Source: Nemertoderma westbladi (taxonomy: Eukaryota > Animalia > Xenacoelomorpha). Taken from it: a stretch of 52,607 nt of DNA. The notes beneath the pieces were generated by a model. It did no database searches and had not been told where the DNA came from. It worked only from the letters and a program-made list of their open reading frames with translations. Where the stretch lies: positions 1 through 52,607 of the forward strand of contig JAUCBJ010007403.1 in the NCBI GenBank assembly GCA_032718475.1. Direction: 5' to 3'. The translations under genes were made by a program, and so were the position numbers. Positions 35,054 to 45,662 of this stretch are shown here, piece after piece. Positions within the stretch are counted from its first letter, which is position 1; each line of letters opens with the position of its first letter.

Positions 35054-38000
35054 ATGGAGAAAGGGATACAAGGAGAACCGAGATGGGGATATGATATCCA
35101 AGAGGAGGCAGCAGCGCCATTCGAAAGATTTGGAGCCAAGGATTATACTATATTTGGTATAAAAGAATTATCGGAAAGTACAGCGAAACTCGCGAGAACT
35201 AAATATGACTCGAATGTATTAAAGAGAAGGCAAAACGCATTAAACGAAAGAATCGAAAGTTTGCGCCAAACCTTCAACGAACTTTACCCGTACGATGCTT
35301 TGTGTGATACGGGAGACATTAGCGAAGACCCCGATACTGAAATTAGTCGTTTGTATCATACCATGCAATACCTAAAGGCACACGAACCTATGCCCGCGGT
35401 ACGCGATGAATTCGATGGAATGCATCTTTACAGACGAACTCGAGGGGACGATAGAGAAACCAAGGAAGCATTTTCAGTTTATAAACTTTATTATCAATGC
35501 GGTTCTTGTATGCGCGAACAACGAAATGCGATTCCGATGCGTTTGAATAAGGAAAATCCCGAACCGATATTGGCGAGGTGTTCGAATCATCAACAACTAC
35601 GCTACCAGGAAGGAGGGTATCCTTTATCGAATCCATATCATTCATTTGCTATGACCGGACCAAAGGCGGGAGAAACTGTCATTTACCCACCTAAGGTTGT
35701 TGAACCCGATGTATTTGAACTTACGCTGGACGAGGCGAATCAGTCAACCCGTGAAAAGAAAGAAGCTCTTAGCCTATACAGAGCCTATAAGGCTTTCGAG
35801 AAAGGTGAGATGGAAGAATGGGGTGGAAGACTCGCGAGCCTACCTTGCCATTGGACGTCACACGATCAAACTTCAGCTAAGGAGATGACACCGGAAGTTT
35901 TCGAGAGCATAAACTTTGCTCAAAACGTTATTCAGAGACTACAGATTGCATCCCCGGAGAGGCCAAGAGAAATGCAACCGTATAGTACTTCAACTACGAA
36001 ACCATTGAGTACGACACTCAATTTCCCTATTAGTATACCAGTCCGACAGGATACGACGTACGAAATACCCATCGTGGATCATCCAGAAATCATTTCAAAC
36101 TTGGAGTTTCTTCCTGCAGTTGTTTTCAGCGATATGAGTAAGATATATGATTTACGTAGACATATTACTCAAAAGGTCGTGCACAACGTTCCACCTCATA
36201 TTCAAGATTTCAAGGAACTGGATAGAGCTGGTGCCGACATAGCTCCGAGTAATCTGAAAGGATATCTGACCAAGACGATTCGTTTATGGATTGGAACCGG
36301 AACCTTCGAGTCGGATACAGATATCGCCGCAGATTGGCGAGGTAAGGTTATTCGTTTCGATGAGGATAAGGACATAGAGAAGATTTGGCAACCTTCGGAA
36401 GAATTGTTGGATGAATGGACTAGGACGTTTAGATCGTTTCAGGAAAACGGTTATATGTTTTACGATAACGAGGGCGGCAGTCATCAGCAGAGTTTGACTT
36501 CTAAGACTATACAGATTAGAGCGGCGGACGGAGTCCTGCACGTTTTCAGTAGACAGAGGAGCGACAAACGAATGCCGATACCTCCAGCGAATACAAAGCG
36601 ACACCATCTTATCACCGATATAGTAAAGAAGATGGACCAAGCTTGTAATATCGACGCTAGAATGCTACCGAAGATGGTAAGAAACATGATTTTAGATAAA
36701 ACTGTTGTAAAGGTTGGATCAGGAGTAAGGGAGGATTTAATTAGCGACTTCGCCGGCATGACGGACAGCGATGACCGACTACCGACACCATACGTCGACA
36801 CTCGACCTCTTATTCTGTGGTCTATAGAACAGGGATATTTTCGTGAGTATAATACTCAGAAGACTGGAACTGGATACATTTCCTACCTGTTATTCAATTG
36901 GGATTATAAGGAAGGTAAAAGAAACAAGTATATTGAAACTTATGGAGAAGGTGATACTCCAGATATGAGCGAGTTTGAATCACAGCTTAAATGGAGAGGA
37001 TGCGTGTATTGGGCTATTACGTCACCTCCAAGAGCGGTCTTACAATATTATTTAGCAATAGAGTCGTCAGTGAATGTTTGCCTAATCGCCGACATTGTGT
37101 CTCGGACTCTCAAAAGACATCCACTTTGTCTCGGAGAAGATCATACGTTCTACATGGAAGGGAGAATTCGTACCGACGTGTTTAGACGATTCCTTGAACC
37201 CTTCTACAACTCCGACGCTCAGTGTAATGCCTTTACTCGAGCAGGATTTAGCATATTTCGAGACGTGTATCTTCGCTGTGCGGGATCTCTTATCGAAAGA
37301 CCATCTATGTTTACACTGTTACCCTATGAAGGAGAACGTATCGTGGAAATTACGGATGAATCACGGCAGACGCGCGCGCCTATCGGTCACCTTGGTGATG
37401 AATTCGAAGTAACTACTACGATCGCCGACGATCCTTTAGAGGAACTTCTTGAGATAGAAAGGAACCTCCCGAAGAAATCTCAGACGGAGATTCGACAACT
37501 TGAAGCAACAGATGCTATAGTTTGTATACAACCTTCAGAAACCTACCAACCCATAGACCCAGATGATTACGATTATAGTATGGGAGGAAGCGCTCGACCG
37601 ATTGGAGATCTTATATACGAACGAGTGTGGTACCCTGCCAATACGATGTGTAGTAAATGTGGCGTCGCTGGACATCATATGGCAAAGTGCAGTGGAAAGC
37701 ACATTACTACGACTCAGCTAATCTGTGGATGGTGTGGGGATCAAGGGTCTCATACCTTTTATACTTGCTGGAGATTTATGGCTCAATGTACTTACTGCAA
37801 TATAAAGGGACATCGAGCATCTGAATGCCAACTAAGAGACATACCTTATGAACACGAATCTGTAAAACTCGTGAGGAAGTTATTTGATGAGTGGGAAGAT
37901 TTAGCCGACGAACATGTATCGGCACAGAGAAGACGGTTTCTGATGAGAGCGCATCTCGGATTTTGGGCGGTAAATCCCCAGACGATGATGTCGGAAGGAT

Positions 38001-38779
38001 ATATCTCCGCTATGCCCCAATATGACGAACTTATCGAGGTTGTCGATATTTTGCCCCACGACAGCGGATTCCGAGTGGTGCGCGAGTATCTGTTACAAAT
38101 TCACCCGGATAACAAAAACACGTGGAATTTTCAGAAAGTCGTTAATCGGATTACGTATGGTGAATTCGATCGTTTCCGAACTGAAAAACGGAATAAAGGA
38201 GCTTGGTTAACCGTCGCATGGGCGTACCGAGCCGCGTTTTACCACAAACGTATACGAGCGAGCGTATTCGAGGAAGAAGAGGTCCTAGAGGCGACAAATA
38301 TACCAGCCACTCCGGTTGCGCCGTCTGCACGTCACCCTCGGGAGGACGGGCAGGGTAGGATCATACGGGTCCAGAAGGTGGGCCAACAATTGAAGAAAAT
38401 TATTAATGTAGAAGAACGCAAGGGAGTTGAGCCGACTATTCGAGTTACTCGGGATACGGTATCACTTCCAAGAGAACCAGTAGGAGGATCGGGACATACA
38501 CCAGCTGATCAACAGGGGGCGCAAGCTACTCTTGGGTCTGCGTCGTCCGCTTCTCGCGCGTTCCCAGACGTTCTACCAACTGTAGTGACAACTGATCGGT
38601 CACGAGGAATCGGTCGAGGTTTTGGGATGCTAAATAGACGAATTTGCGAGGAAATAGTAGCACCGTCTCTCAACGTCCCAAGTAAACCAGTGACTCGCCC
38701 CATTAGTCCCATATCGCGAGCAAAGTCACCTGTGCGCAGATTTCGAGGACGCGGCAGGGCTCGATCAACTAAGCGATAA
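35054..38779 (+). CDS. Accessory ORF3 of the BEL element: DEDDy (WRN/RNase D/EXD-like) 3'-5' exonuclease domain plus three CCHC zinc knuckles
   Basis: Intact 1241 aa between pol and the 3' LTR. ExoI FYDNEG..TIQIR; ExoII LPKMVRNMILDKTVVKVGSGVREDL; YVDT; ExoIII-like YYLAIE. Knuckles CSKCGVAGHHMAKC, CGWCGDQGSHTFYTC, CTYCNIKGHRASEC. Basic C-terminal tail; no signal peptide or TM segment, so not env. Confidence 0.85.
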   Translation: MEKGIQGEPRWGYDIQEEAAAPFERFGAKDYTIFGIKELSESTAKLARTKYDSNVLKRRQNALNERIESLRQTFNELYPYDALCDTGDISEDPDTEISRLYHTMQYLKAHEPMPAVRDEFDGMHLYRRTRGDDRETKEAFSVYKLYYQCGSCMREQRNAIPMRLNKENPEPILARCSNHQQLRYQEGGYPLSNPYHSFAMTGPKAGETVIYPPKVVEPDVFELTLDEANQSTREKKEALSLYRAYKAFEKGEMEEWGGRLASLPCHWTSHDQTSAKEMTPEVFESINFAQNVIQRLQIASPERPREMQPYSTSTTKPLSTTLNFPISIPVRQDTTYEIPIVDHPEIISNLEFLPAVVFSDMSKIYDLRRHITQKVVHNVPPHIQDFKELDRAGADIAPSNLKGYLTKTIRLWIGTGTFESDTDIAADWRGKVIRFDEDKDIEKIWQPSEELLDEWTRTFRSFQENGYMFYDNEGGSHQQSLTSKTIQIRAADGVLHVFSRQRSDKRMPIPPANTKRHHLITDIVKKMDQACNIDARMLPKMVRNMILDKTVVKVGSGVREDLISDFAGMTDSDDRLPTPYVDTRPLILWSIEQGYFREYNTQKTGTGYISYLLFNWDYKEGKRNKYIETYGEGDTPDMSEFESQLKWRGCVYWAITSPPRAVLQYYLAIESSVNVCLIADIVSRTLKRHPLCLGEDHTFYMEGRIRTDVFRRFLEPFYNSDAQCNAFTRAGFSIFRDVYLRCAGSLIERPSMFTLLPYEGERIVEITDESRQTRAPIGHLGDEFEVTTTIADDPLEELLEIERNLPKKSQTEIRQLEATDAIVCIQPSETYQPIDPDDYDYSMGGSARPIGDLIYERVWYPANTMCSKCGVAGHHMAKCSGKHITTTQLICGWCGDQGSHTFYTCWRFMAQCTYCNIKGHRASECQLRDIPYEHESVKLVRKLFDEWEDLADEHVSAQRRRFLMRAHLGFWAVNPQTMMSEGYISAMPQYDELIEVVDILPHDSGFRVVREYLLQIHPDNKNTWNFQKVVNRITYGEFDRFRTEKRNKGAWLTVAWAYRAAFYHKRIRASVFEEEEVLEATNIPATPVAPSARHPREDGQGRIIRVQKVGQQLKKIINVEERKGVEPTIRVTRDTVSLPREPVGGSGHTPADQQGAQATLGSASSASRAFPDVLPTVVTTDRSRGIGRGFGMLNRRICEEIVAPSLNVPSKPVTRPISPISRAKSPVRRFRGRGRARSTKR

Positions 38780-38859
38780 AAGGGAGGGCAAGGGTAGACG
38801 GAAGACTCGTGGGCCTTTCTTATGATTTTGTGATTTATTTGAATTATATGTTTTATATT

Positions 38860-39460
38860 TAGAAAGTTTTGTATTCTGGGAAAGACTTATATTTAGTAAA
38901 ACTTATATTTTATATTTGTGCTTATTCCGAACTTATGCAATTTGTATTGTTCCGAATTTATGAAATTTAGAGAGATTATATTTAGAAGGAACTTATATTT
39001 GAAAGATTTATGTTTCATATTTGAAGATGCAAAGGAGTTTATATTATTCTAAACTTATGCAGTTTATATCTATATTTAGTAAGACTTATATTTGTAAGAA
39101 TTTATATTTTATATTTGTGATTATTCCGAACTTATGCAATTTATATTATTCCGAACTTATGCAATTTATATTGTTCCGAATATTATGCAATTTATATTTT
39201 ATAAGCAGTATTTGTATTTACAGTGAAATAGAAAGTTTTATAGATAGAAAATTTTGTGCTCAGAAAGACTCATATTTGTAATTATCCCAAACTTATGCAA
39301 TCTACATTTAGGTACGAAAGTATTTGTAATTACTTGAATTTATGCAATATTTGAGATGCAATAGTAGATGGAAGACTCGCGAGCCTTTCTTATTGTTTTC
39401 ATTTATTTGTATTTGTAATTGTTTGAATTTATGCAATATTGAGATGCAATAGATTTATAT
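38860..39460. repeat. AT-rich degenerate repeats in the 3' UTR (TTCCGAACTTATGCAATTT; AAGACTTATATTT)
   Basis: Multiple visible copies. Confidence 0.7.
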
Positions 39461-39684
39461 TGGTGAATTTAATTTAGATTTATATTGTACTTACTTAGTA
39501 AAGCCTTAAATACGTAAAGTTTGAATTTGTAATTATTTTGTATCGAATCATTACGTAGAAAGGAAGTATTGTTTGAAATTTAATTGTAAATATGTAAGTA
39601 CGCCCTAAGTATTCTATAGTTTGATTGATTATTGGTGAAAACCGTATATTTTATGCACGATAATATCCTGTTTTCATGGAGCGG

Positions 39685-41602
39685 TATAGAATTATATTCC
39701 CTAAATACCGTGGATTTTCAAAATTTTATTTTATTCGAATTAACTTTGTAAAGATTGCTTTGAGTTCTCATTCGTATTGGTTCTATCATTTGTACATCTA
39801 TCGGTCAAGTGGTTCAGTAGCTCAGTCGGTAGAGCGTTGGAAATTATATGTGTAGTAGGTATTGAGTTCAAATCCTAGTAAGTGCGAATTATTTTTTGTG
39901 TAGAATTTCAACTCATTTAAATTAACCGCTACAAATTAATTGCATTTGTCTGTACCAATGAGACTGTAGTTATTTGATTGTAACCAATGTCGTGCAAGTT
40001 ATATATTAGCTGGACCAATAGCTATCTTTAAAACCTTGTTAGAACCCATAGAACAATCGAGAATTTTCTCGATTGATTGCGGCACAAATTTAGTATATAA
40101 AGGTGCGATTCGTTCATTAGTTATCTCAATCACAATCACAATATCCTATATCTTATATCTCAATCTTTCTCAGATTATCTTATCAATATTCTGTCGTGCT
40201 TAGTTTATTCTCAGATTACATTGTATTATAATTGTATCTTCTGTAATAAAGTCAGAATATTCTCTCAGCCTTTCTATCTGTTTTACTATGGATTCACTAC
40301 GGTGAACAAACTCAGGGACAGGATGGCCGGCTAGAGATCGGGCCGCAGCAATGAACGGGAACATCACGGGAATGTAGACGAGAGACAACCCGCAATACCA
40401 TTTAGAGTTATTCGCCCATCGCCTGAAAGGTTAGACAGCGTTCGATCCTTGCTACCTAAGTATAAGACCAAAAGATCAAAAGGTAGACGTAGTGACACGC
40501 TGTAAGCCCAAAATTACATCATAGGGACTGTACTGTCTTGATTCAGGAAAACCCACAGTAGACCTTCACATTCCTACGGGGAGGGAGAGCGCAGGCAGAT
40601 ACTAGTACGCAGATAGGACGTAGGCACACCGGTACAAGGCATACACATTGGTTAGGGTGCAGCAAACTGTACGCTTAACTCTTGCTAAGTACAGGTGCGT
40701 GTGCGACTATTTGTAGTACGACAGTGTCCATTGCATTAGAACTTGTAGGCTAGGGGGGTTGCTGTGTTTTCACCTGAATTGGGATTGTACCGTTCAGGCG
40801 GTAGGGCAGTTTACGTACTAGGCGCAAATAAATTGAGGCTATCAGGGATACTAACATCTACCGTGTCCCCGCCAACGCCCTAATAGGAAGTTACCCGGAC
40901 TACCTGGGTGACTAAAATTCTAGATAGGAGCCAGGATAGCTATTAGTACCCGTACGCCTACAGTAGTAAACTAACACATCTCTTCTTAGTATCAGGGACC
41001 TGGTACCAAAAATTGCCGAATTCTGGGCGTAGTATTAACCTTATGCCTGGATTTGAGTCCTGGAAATACGCAAGAGGGGAAGGAACCTTATCATTCGTGA
41101 GTATTGGACCTACAAGTTACAAAATTAGAATATTCGTAAAATGCACACCGTACCCAGTAATTATATATGTGAAGGAGCAAAACTGCTTTTGACCGTTCAG
41201 AATTAACACACGCGCGTTAGAAATTATTTACACCTCGAAATATATAAAATTAACTTTGTCCGTACTGTGCTTTGCCCGCTAGTTAGACATCTCCAAATAT
41301 CTGCCTCTGTACCTAGCTAGCGTCCCTTTGCCCAACCATATAAATCACACCGCGGCAAAGTGTACGAGCCCCTTAGTCCGTCAGTGAGTCAGCCTGATTT
41401 TAGGATTCGCTGCGCGGGATTTGTTTTATCGAAGTTTGTCTGCTCGTAGACTGTTTTCTGCCTCACCGGTTATAAGAGATCGATACTGCAATATATTCGC
41501 TTACTTAGAGTTTACTGTTTTGGTGAGAAGGTCGGATTTATGATTTGATTTACAAACTTTACAGTAAGGATATTGCAGGTATTGTTACCGTCTCTTCCAA
41601 TA
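39685..41602 (+). repeat. 3' LTR, 1918 bp
   Basis: Copy of 22657-24574; preceded by a short purine-rich GGAGCGG (weak PPT) and followed by the TSD ATAGT. Confidence 0.95.
39811..39897 (+). ncRNA. tRNA-derived Pol III-like unit, 3' LTR copy
   Basis: Identical to 22783-22869. Confidence 0.55.
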
Positions 41603-42386
41603 ATAGTATAATTTTATTCATATTAAAATTGGCATCAATTTTGTAATCAACTCGAAAACACTGAACCAAATCAACTCCAATCTGCTTTACCAAACCCCCC
41701 CAGAATTGTAAATCTCACGCAGTCGACAGGCTCGACGCAATTATGTTATGTGTTGAATTTTTAATGTTGAGAATCTTAATATACAATCGTAACACACTGC
41801 TACTACTGTAGCCTACTATAGTCAGTATACTATAATGCTGATGATTTATAATATGCCTATTAAGAATGCTATCCCGGCTTATGAACAAAATTGCGGATTC
41901 ACTGACTGCTTATGACGTCGACCCACAACTCACTATCACCGATGACTTCCGTAGGAGTAGCCGTATCTTTAATGTAAGTGCCCTTTAAGAGGCGATTCAA
42001 GAAAGACATCGGCTTTCCACCATGCATATTATATCCACAAGGTCTCCACTGGCTGGTTCTCTTAGACAAAGCTATATTCTGCACAGCGGAGGCGGCTCCA
42101 TTCAAGTGTGGAGCTTGATGTGTGATAAAGGAACATCGCTGCTATAATAAATAGTTATTAATACAAATTAGTTTACGAAACGGATAAAACAGAATAAAAC
42201 TGGTTTTTCTTCCACCAAATATGCCGCGATTCTGTATTTAAATTAAAGTCTATGTTGCTATAATGCCTTCTATACTAAAATAAAAAGACCGAGAAAGGGT
42301 TTTACAAAGAATGTAAATAAGGCCAGTGTACTACAGCATACAGTAACTCAACCACTATGTTAAATAAAATGATATCAACTGTTAAT

Positions 42387-42494
42387 TGGTTCACAGTCCT
42401 ATTGGCATACAGTAAGTGTTGGTTCACGGTCCTATTGGCATACAGTAAGTGTTGGTTCACGGTCCTATTGGCATACAATAAGTGTTGGTTCACG
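42387..42494. repeat. 33-bp tandem repeat, ~3 copies
   Basis: TGGTTCACGGTCCTATTGGCATACAGTAAGTGT units. Confidence 0.9.
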
Positions 42495-43214
42495 ATTGAC
42501 CATTATTACGGCACTGTGTATGGGAGGCCACTACTACAGTACTACAGTATTGCTGTACTGCAGTACTGTAGGTCCCAGTCTGCTATTTGTAGTGCAGCAC
42601 CGGTAATGCTACTGTAGCACAGTCTAATATTATTATTATTGCAAATTGTTCTGATATAAGTAGGACCGTGAACCCGCCAGAGACTTGCCAGCTTGTTTAC
42701 TTTTAGCAGTTATCAATTTAAATAATGACCGATTTATTTACACTCGACTTAATTCGATATGAAGCCAGTAAATAACTTAGGCTTGGACTGGCGCAGCCCA
42801 TTGTGTGACTAGCCTGGTGTATTACAAACAGCAGCTGTGCGTGTGCGTGCCAATGGCTAGTAGGGCTGCAATTACAACCACTCATGTCATGGAATTGGTA
42901 AAAGTTACAGGGGTGTTGTGATAGCAACAGCTCTAAGTAATACTACGTGCAATAATAATGAGCTGTTTGCCATACTAGTTTATTTGTGCAATACAATAGT
43001 ATGAAAAAATTTTCAAAGATATTGTTCTCATATTTATTTAACTATTCAAGTGAACATTTAGAATATATATTTTTTTTAATATCAAATCTTATTTATTCAA
43101 AAATTACTTCACTATACAGTACTTGTAAACTATATTCAATATAATATACCATTTATACTGGATATGCGACCATTATCATAACGTTCGTTGGCCACAGCTT
43201 TGCAAAGTCGGCAA

Positions 43215-43286
43215 TGACGACCATGTGGGATCGAACTAGTGACTCTAGGTTGGAAGTCTAACGATCTAACCATTCCGCTATCGTCT
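43215..43286 (-). pseudogene. tRNA-like sequence (tRNA pseudogene or SINE head)
   Basis: Minus strand GACGATAGCGGAATGGTTAGATCG...CTAGTTCGATCCCACATGGTCGTC: A and B boxes present, stems imperfect. Confidence 0.55.
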
Positions 43287-43380
43287 CAAGCAAATTTTAG
43301 ACCTGTAAATACTACCTGATACCTTGTAAGTCAGTAGTTTTATGTCATCATGGACTCCAAACTGTCCATACGAATCATTT

Positions 43381-43551
43381 GCAGCCACTGGGTGACTCCG
43401 CTAATTAATAGGGATGAGTACTAGCATACCGGGCAGGCAGCCACTGGGTGACTCCGCTAATTAATAGGGATGAGTACTAGCATACCGGGCAGGCAGCCAC
43501 TGGGTGACTCCGCTAATTAATAGGGATGAGTACTAGCATACCGGGCAGGCA
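43381..43551. repeat. 56-bp perfect tandem repeat, 3 copies
   Basis: GCAGCCACTGGGTGACTCCGCTAATTAATAGGGATGAGTACTAGCATACCGGGCAG x3. Confidence 0.95.
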
Positions 43552-44479
43552 ATCTGAAGAGTTTGGAATTGTGAACATCATTTTATCAATCTTCATAATC
43601 ATTAATTTAAATAATTTTGGTTAATTGAATCATTAATTTAATTGTAATGTCAAAAGATGCACAAAACTCTCCATTTTCAATTTATATAAGCCATATGTGA
43701 AATTTAATGTGTGGGGCGAGCCACGAAGTGAGCGAATCCTTATCATATGGGTGCCATTGGCGAGTTGTCTGTCGTCGTCGTCATCGTCGTAAATTTTTGA
43801 TCGCTAATAACTCGGTTATTTCTTGATTAAATTAAACAAAACTTGGTATGTAGGTAGTCCGGCAAAAGAATCTGAAGTTTGGTACAAAACGAACGAACGC
43901 AACGAGGCATAAGAGGAGGACGAGTATTGTGTTGAAGACTTCTGACTAACGGCAGACAACTCGTTAATGGTGCCCATATGCTAAAGGCATTACTCACTTC
44001 GTGCTGCGCGAAGGCCCCACGAACGTGTATTTTAATGGATGGAAAATCACCCTCCATAGAAACCAAGATAAGAAATTATCAGATTACTTTGTATGACGTC
44101 AAAACTGTAGCAGCCAATCACAGCCGTTTTTCAAAATTGGCTTCCCGGGCTTAACTTAATCTTACCATTTCGACAGTTTCATCGTGTTATTACAATAAAA
44201 CACACCCCGCCCGCCCGCTGCCACTCGATTCAGGGCACCTTGTTACCCCTTGACTTATTCGATTGTTTCTAGCCCAATATTTTTTCCGCGCACCAACCCC
44301 CTATTCCATACACCAATTATTGCAATTGTGGAATCAGGAAATTAAGATTAATGTTGATGAAAAATATATGACATATTGATTCTACACATTGATGTACTAT
44401 GCAGGCTTGACAAAAATATTTTTCAATTTTTGCCACCACTTGCAATCCACAATTGGCGAGACAGGGGGGGGGGGGGGGG

Positions 44480-44705
44480 GGGGGTGCTGGACGCAAATCC
44501 ATCTTGGCGAATTAATATCCCGCCTCAATGATAAATTCACCATTTAGGGAAAGGAGCAGGTTACAGTGGTACGTTATTTTAACCAAAACAGTAAACTAAT
44601 TACAATAGAACAGGTTACAGTTCTATTTTTGAGAGTAATCAGCAGTTATTTGCTTCGAATTTACCCTGGAGAGGGATTAATTTTTATTGCGTCCAGTTTC
44701 CCCAC
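44480..44705. mobile_element. MITE copy 2, inverted relative to 22299-22515
   Basis: CTGGACGCAAATCC...TTGCGTCCAGTTTCCCC; internal sequence matches copy 1. Confidence 0.75.
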
Positions 44706-44788
44706 CCCATTTTTATTTCAATTCGTCCCAATGTATTTTTTATATATTATTATTTATATTTTTATATTCGATATTGTTAACAATTGTG

Positions 44789-45067
44789 GTTCCACCATGG
44801 TGTAGTGGTTGCATTACATTCACATCTCCCGTAGGTCGTGGGTTCGATCCTCACATGGGCCAGGGCAGTTTGCGTTTCGGCACGAATGCTTTAAAGGGAC
44901 CAGCCAGGGCGCATCTCTGCCTTGCATCCTTAAGTGGTAGCTAAACGAGTACTGGAGTTTCCTCTGGGGAGTAAAGTTCTGGGGGGACCGCACTGGTAAT
45001 AAGTCGACAGACTTTGTATATAATCCCTGGCCTAACGGCCGAAGAAAATTTGCTTTACTTTTTTTTT
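44789..45067 (+). mobile_element. tRNA-derived SINE
   Basis: A box TGGTGTAGTGG, B box GGTTCGATCC, central TGCATCCTT...AAACGAGTAC domain, simple T-rich tail. Confidence 0.75.
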
Positions 45068-45531
45068 AACAAGATCGTTTATTGTTTTGGTTTTGGTTTA
45101 AGCCGTCTCTGTAACGTGCTACTTTCCCTCTATTGGTAACAACATAGTCTATCATTTTGGTTAGAAAAACCGTCTCTGTAACCTGCTCCTTTCTCTCTAT
45201 TTGTAACATCATTTTTTTGTTTTGGTTAGAAAAAGCTGACTCTATGAAAATAAATATCATATATCTCTGACTATTGTTGTTTATTTATGTGTTTTATTAG
45301 TAAATGTGTGTTTTGGGGCTGATGTTTTAATTTTTGGTTCGAATTTATAACATTAGTTCAGATGAATTTTTTTTGGTCAAGAAGTAAATTATTTGGTCCA
45401 AAATGTATGTGTTTTGTTCTTTTTATTAGCCAGATTTATTTTTTTTGGCCCGCTCCACTTGTATGTTTTTTGTTTATGTTTTTTTGAGTAAACTTTAATT
45501 GATAGCCCTTGGCATATCCCAATTCAGCGTG

Positions 45532-45662
45532 CATTAAGATTTCTGTGCCGGCTTATCAACAAAGTTGCACCGCCACAACTCCCAATCCCCCATGACTTTC
45601 GCGAGATTATCCTCATCTTTAAGGCCATTCAGTGTCCTCGATCGAAGAGACATCTCAAGAAT
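45532..45662 (-). mobile_element. Diverged 3' fragment of RTE family 1
   Basis: Similar to 9910-10030 (TGTGCCGGCTT...GCACCGCCACAACTCCC). Confidence 0.7.

Larger units (their letters stand above)
22657..41602 (+). mobile_element. Full-length BEL/Pao LTR retrotransposon (18,946 bp) with an accessory exonuclease ORF
   Basis: Direct LTRs at constant offset 17028; 5-bp TSD ATAGT (22652-22656, 41603-41607); gag-PR-RT-RH-IN order and BEL-specific motifs. Confidence 0.97.

Noticed and set aside
35054-38779. ORF3 as an envelope gene
   Set aside because: No signal peptide, TM anchor or fusion-protein features; it has exonuclease and zinc-knuckle motifs instead.
43381-43551. 56-bp triplicate as a tandem ribozyme
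   Set aside because: No hammerhead, HDV or twister core recognised on either strand by eye; an Infernal/Rfam scan would settle it.
22299-44705. Inverted MITE copies bracketing the BEL element as a composite transposon
   Set aside because: Each copy has its own TIRs, they are diverged from each other, and no shared TSD was seen.
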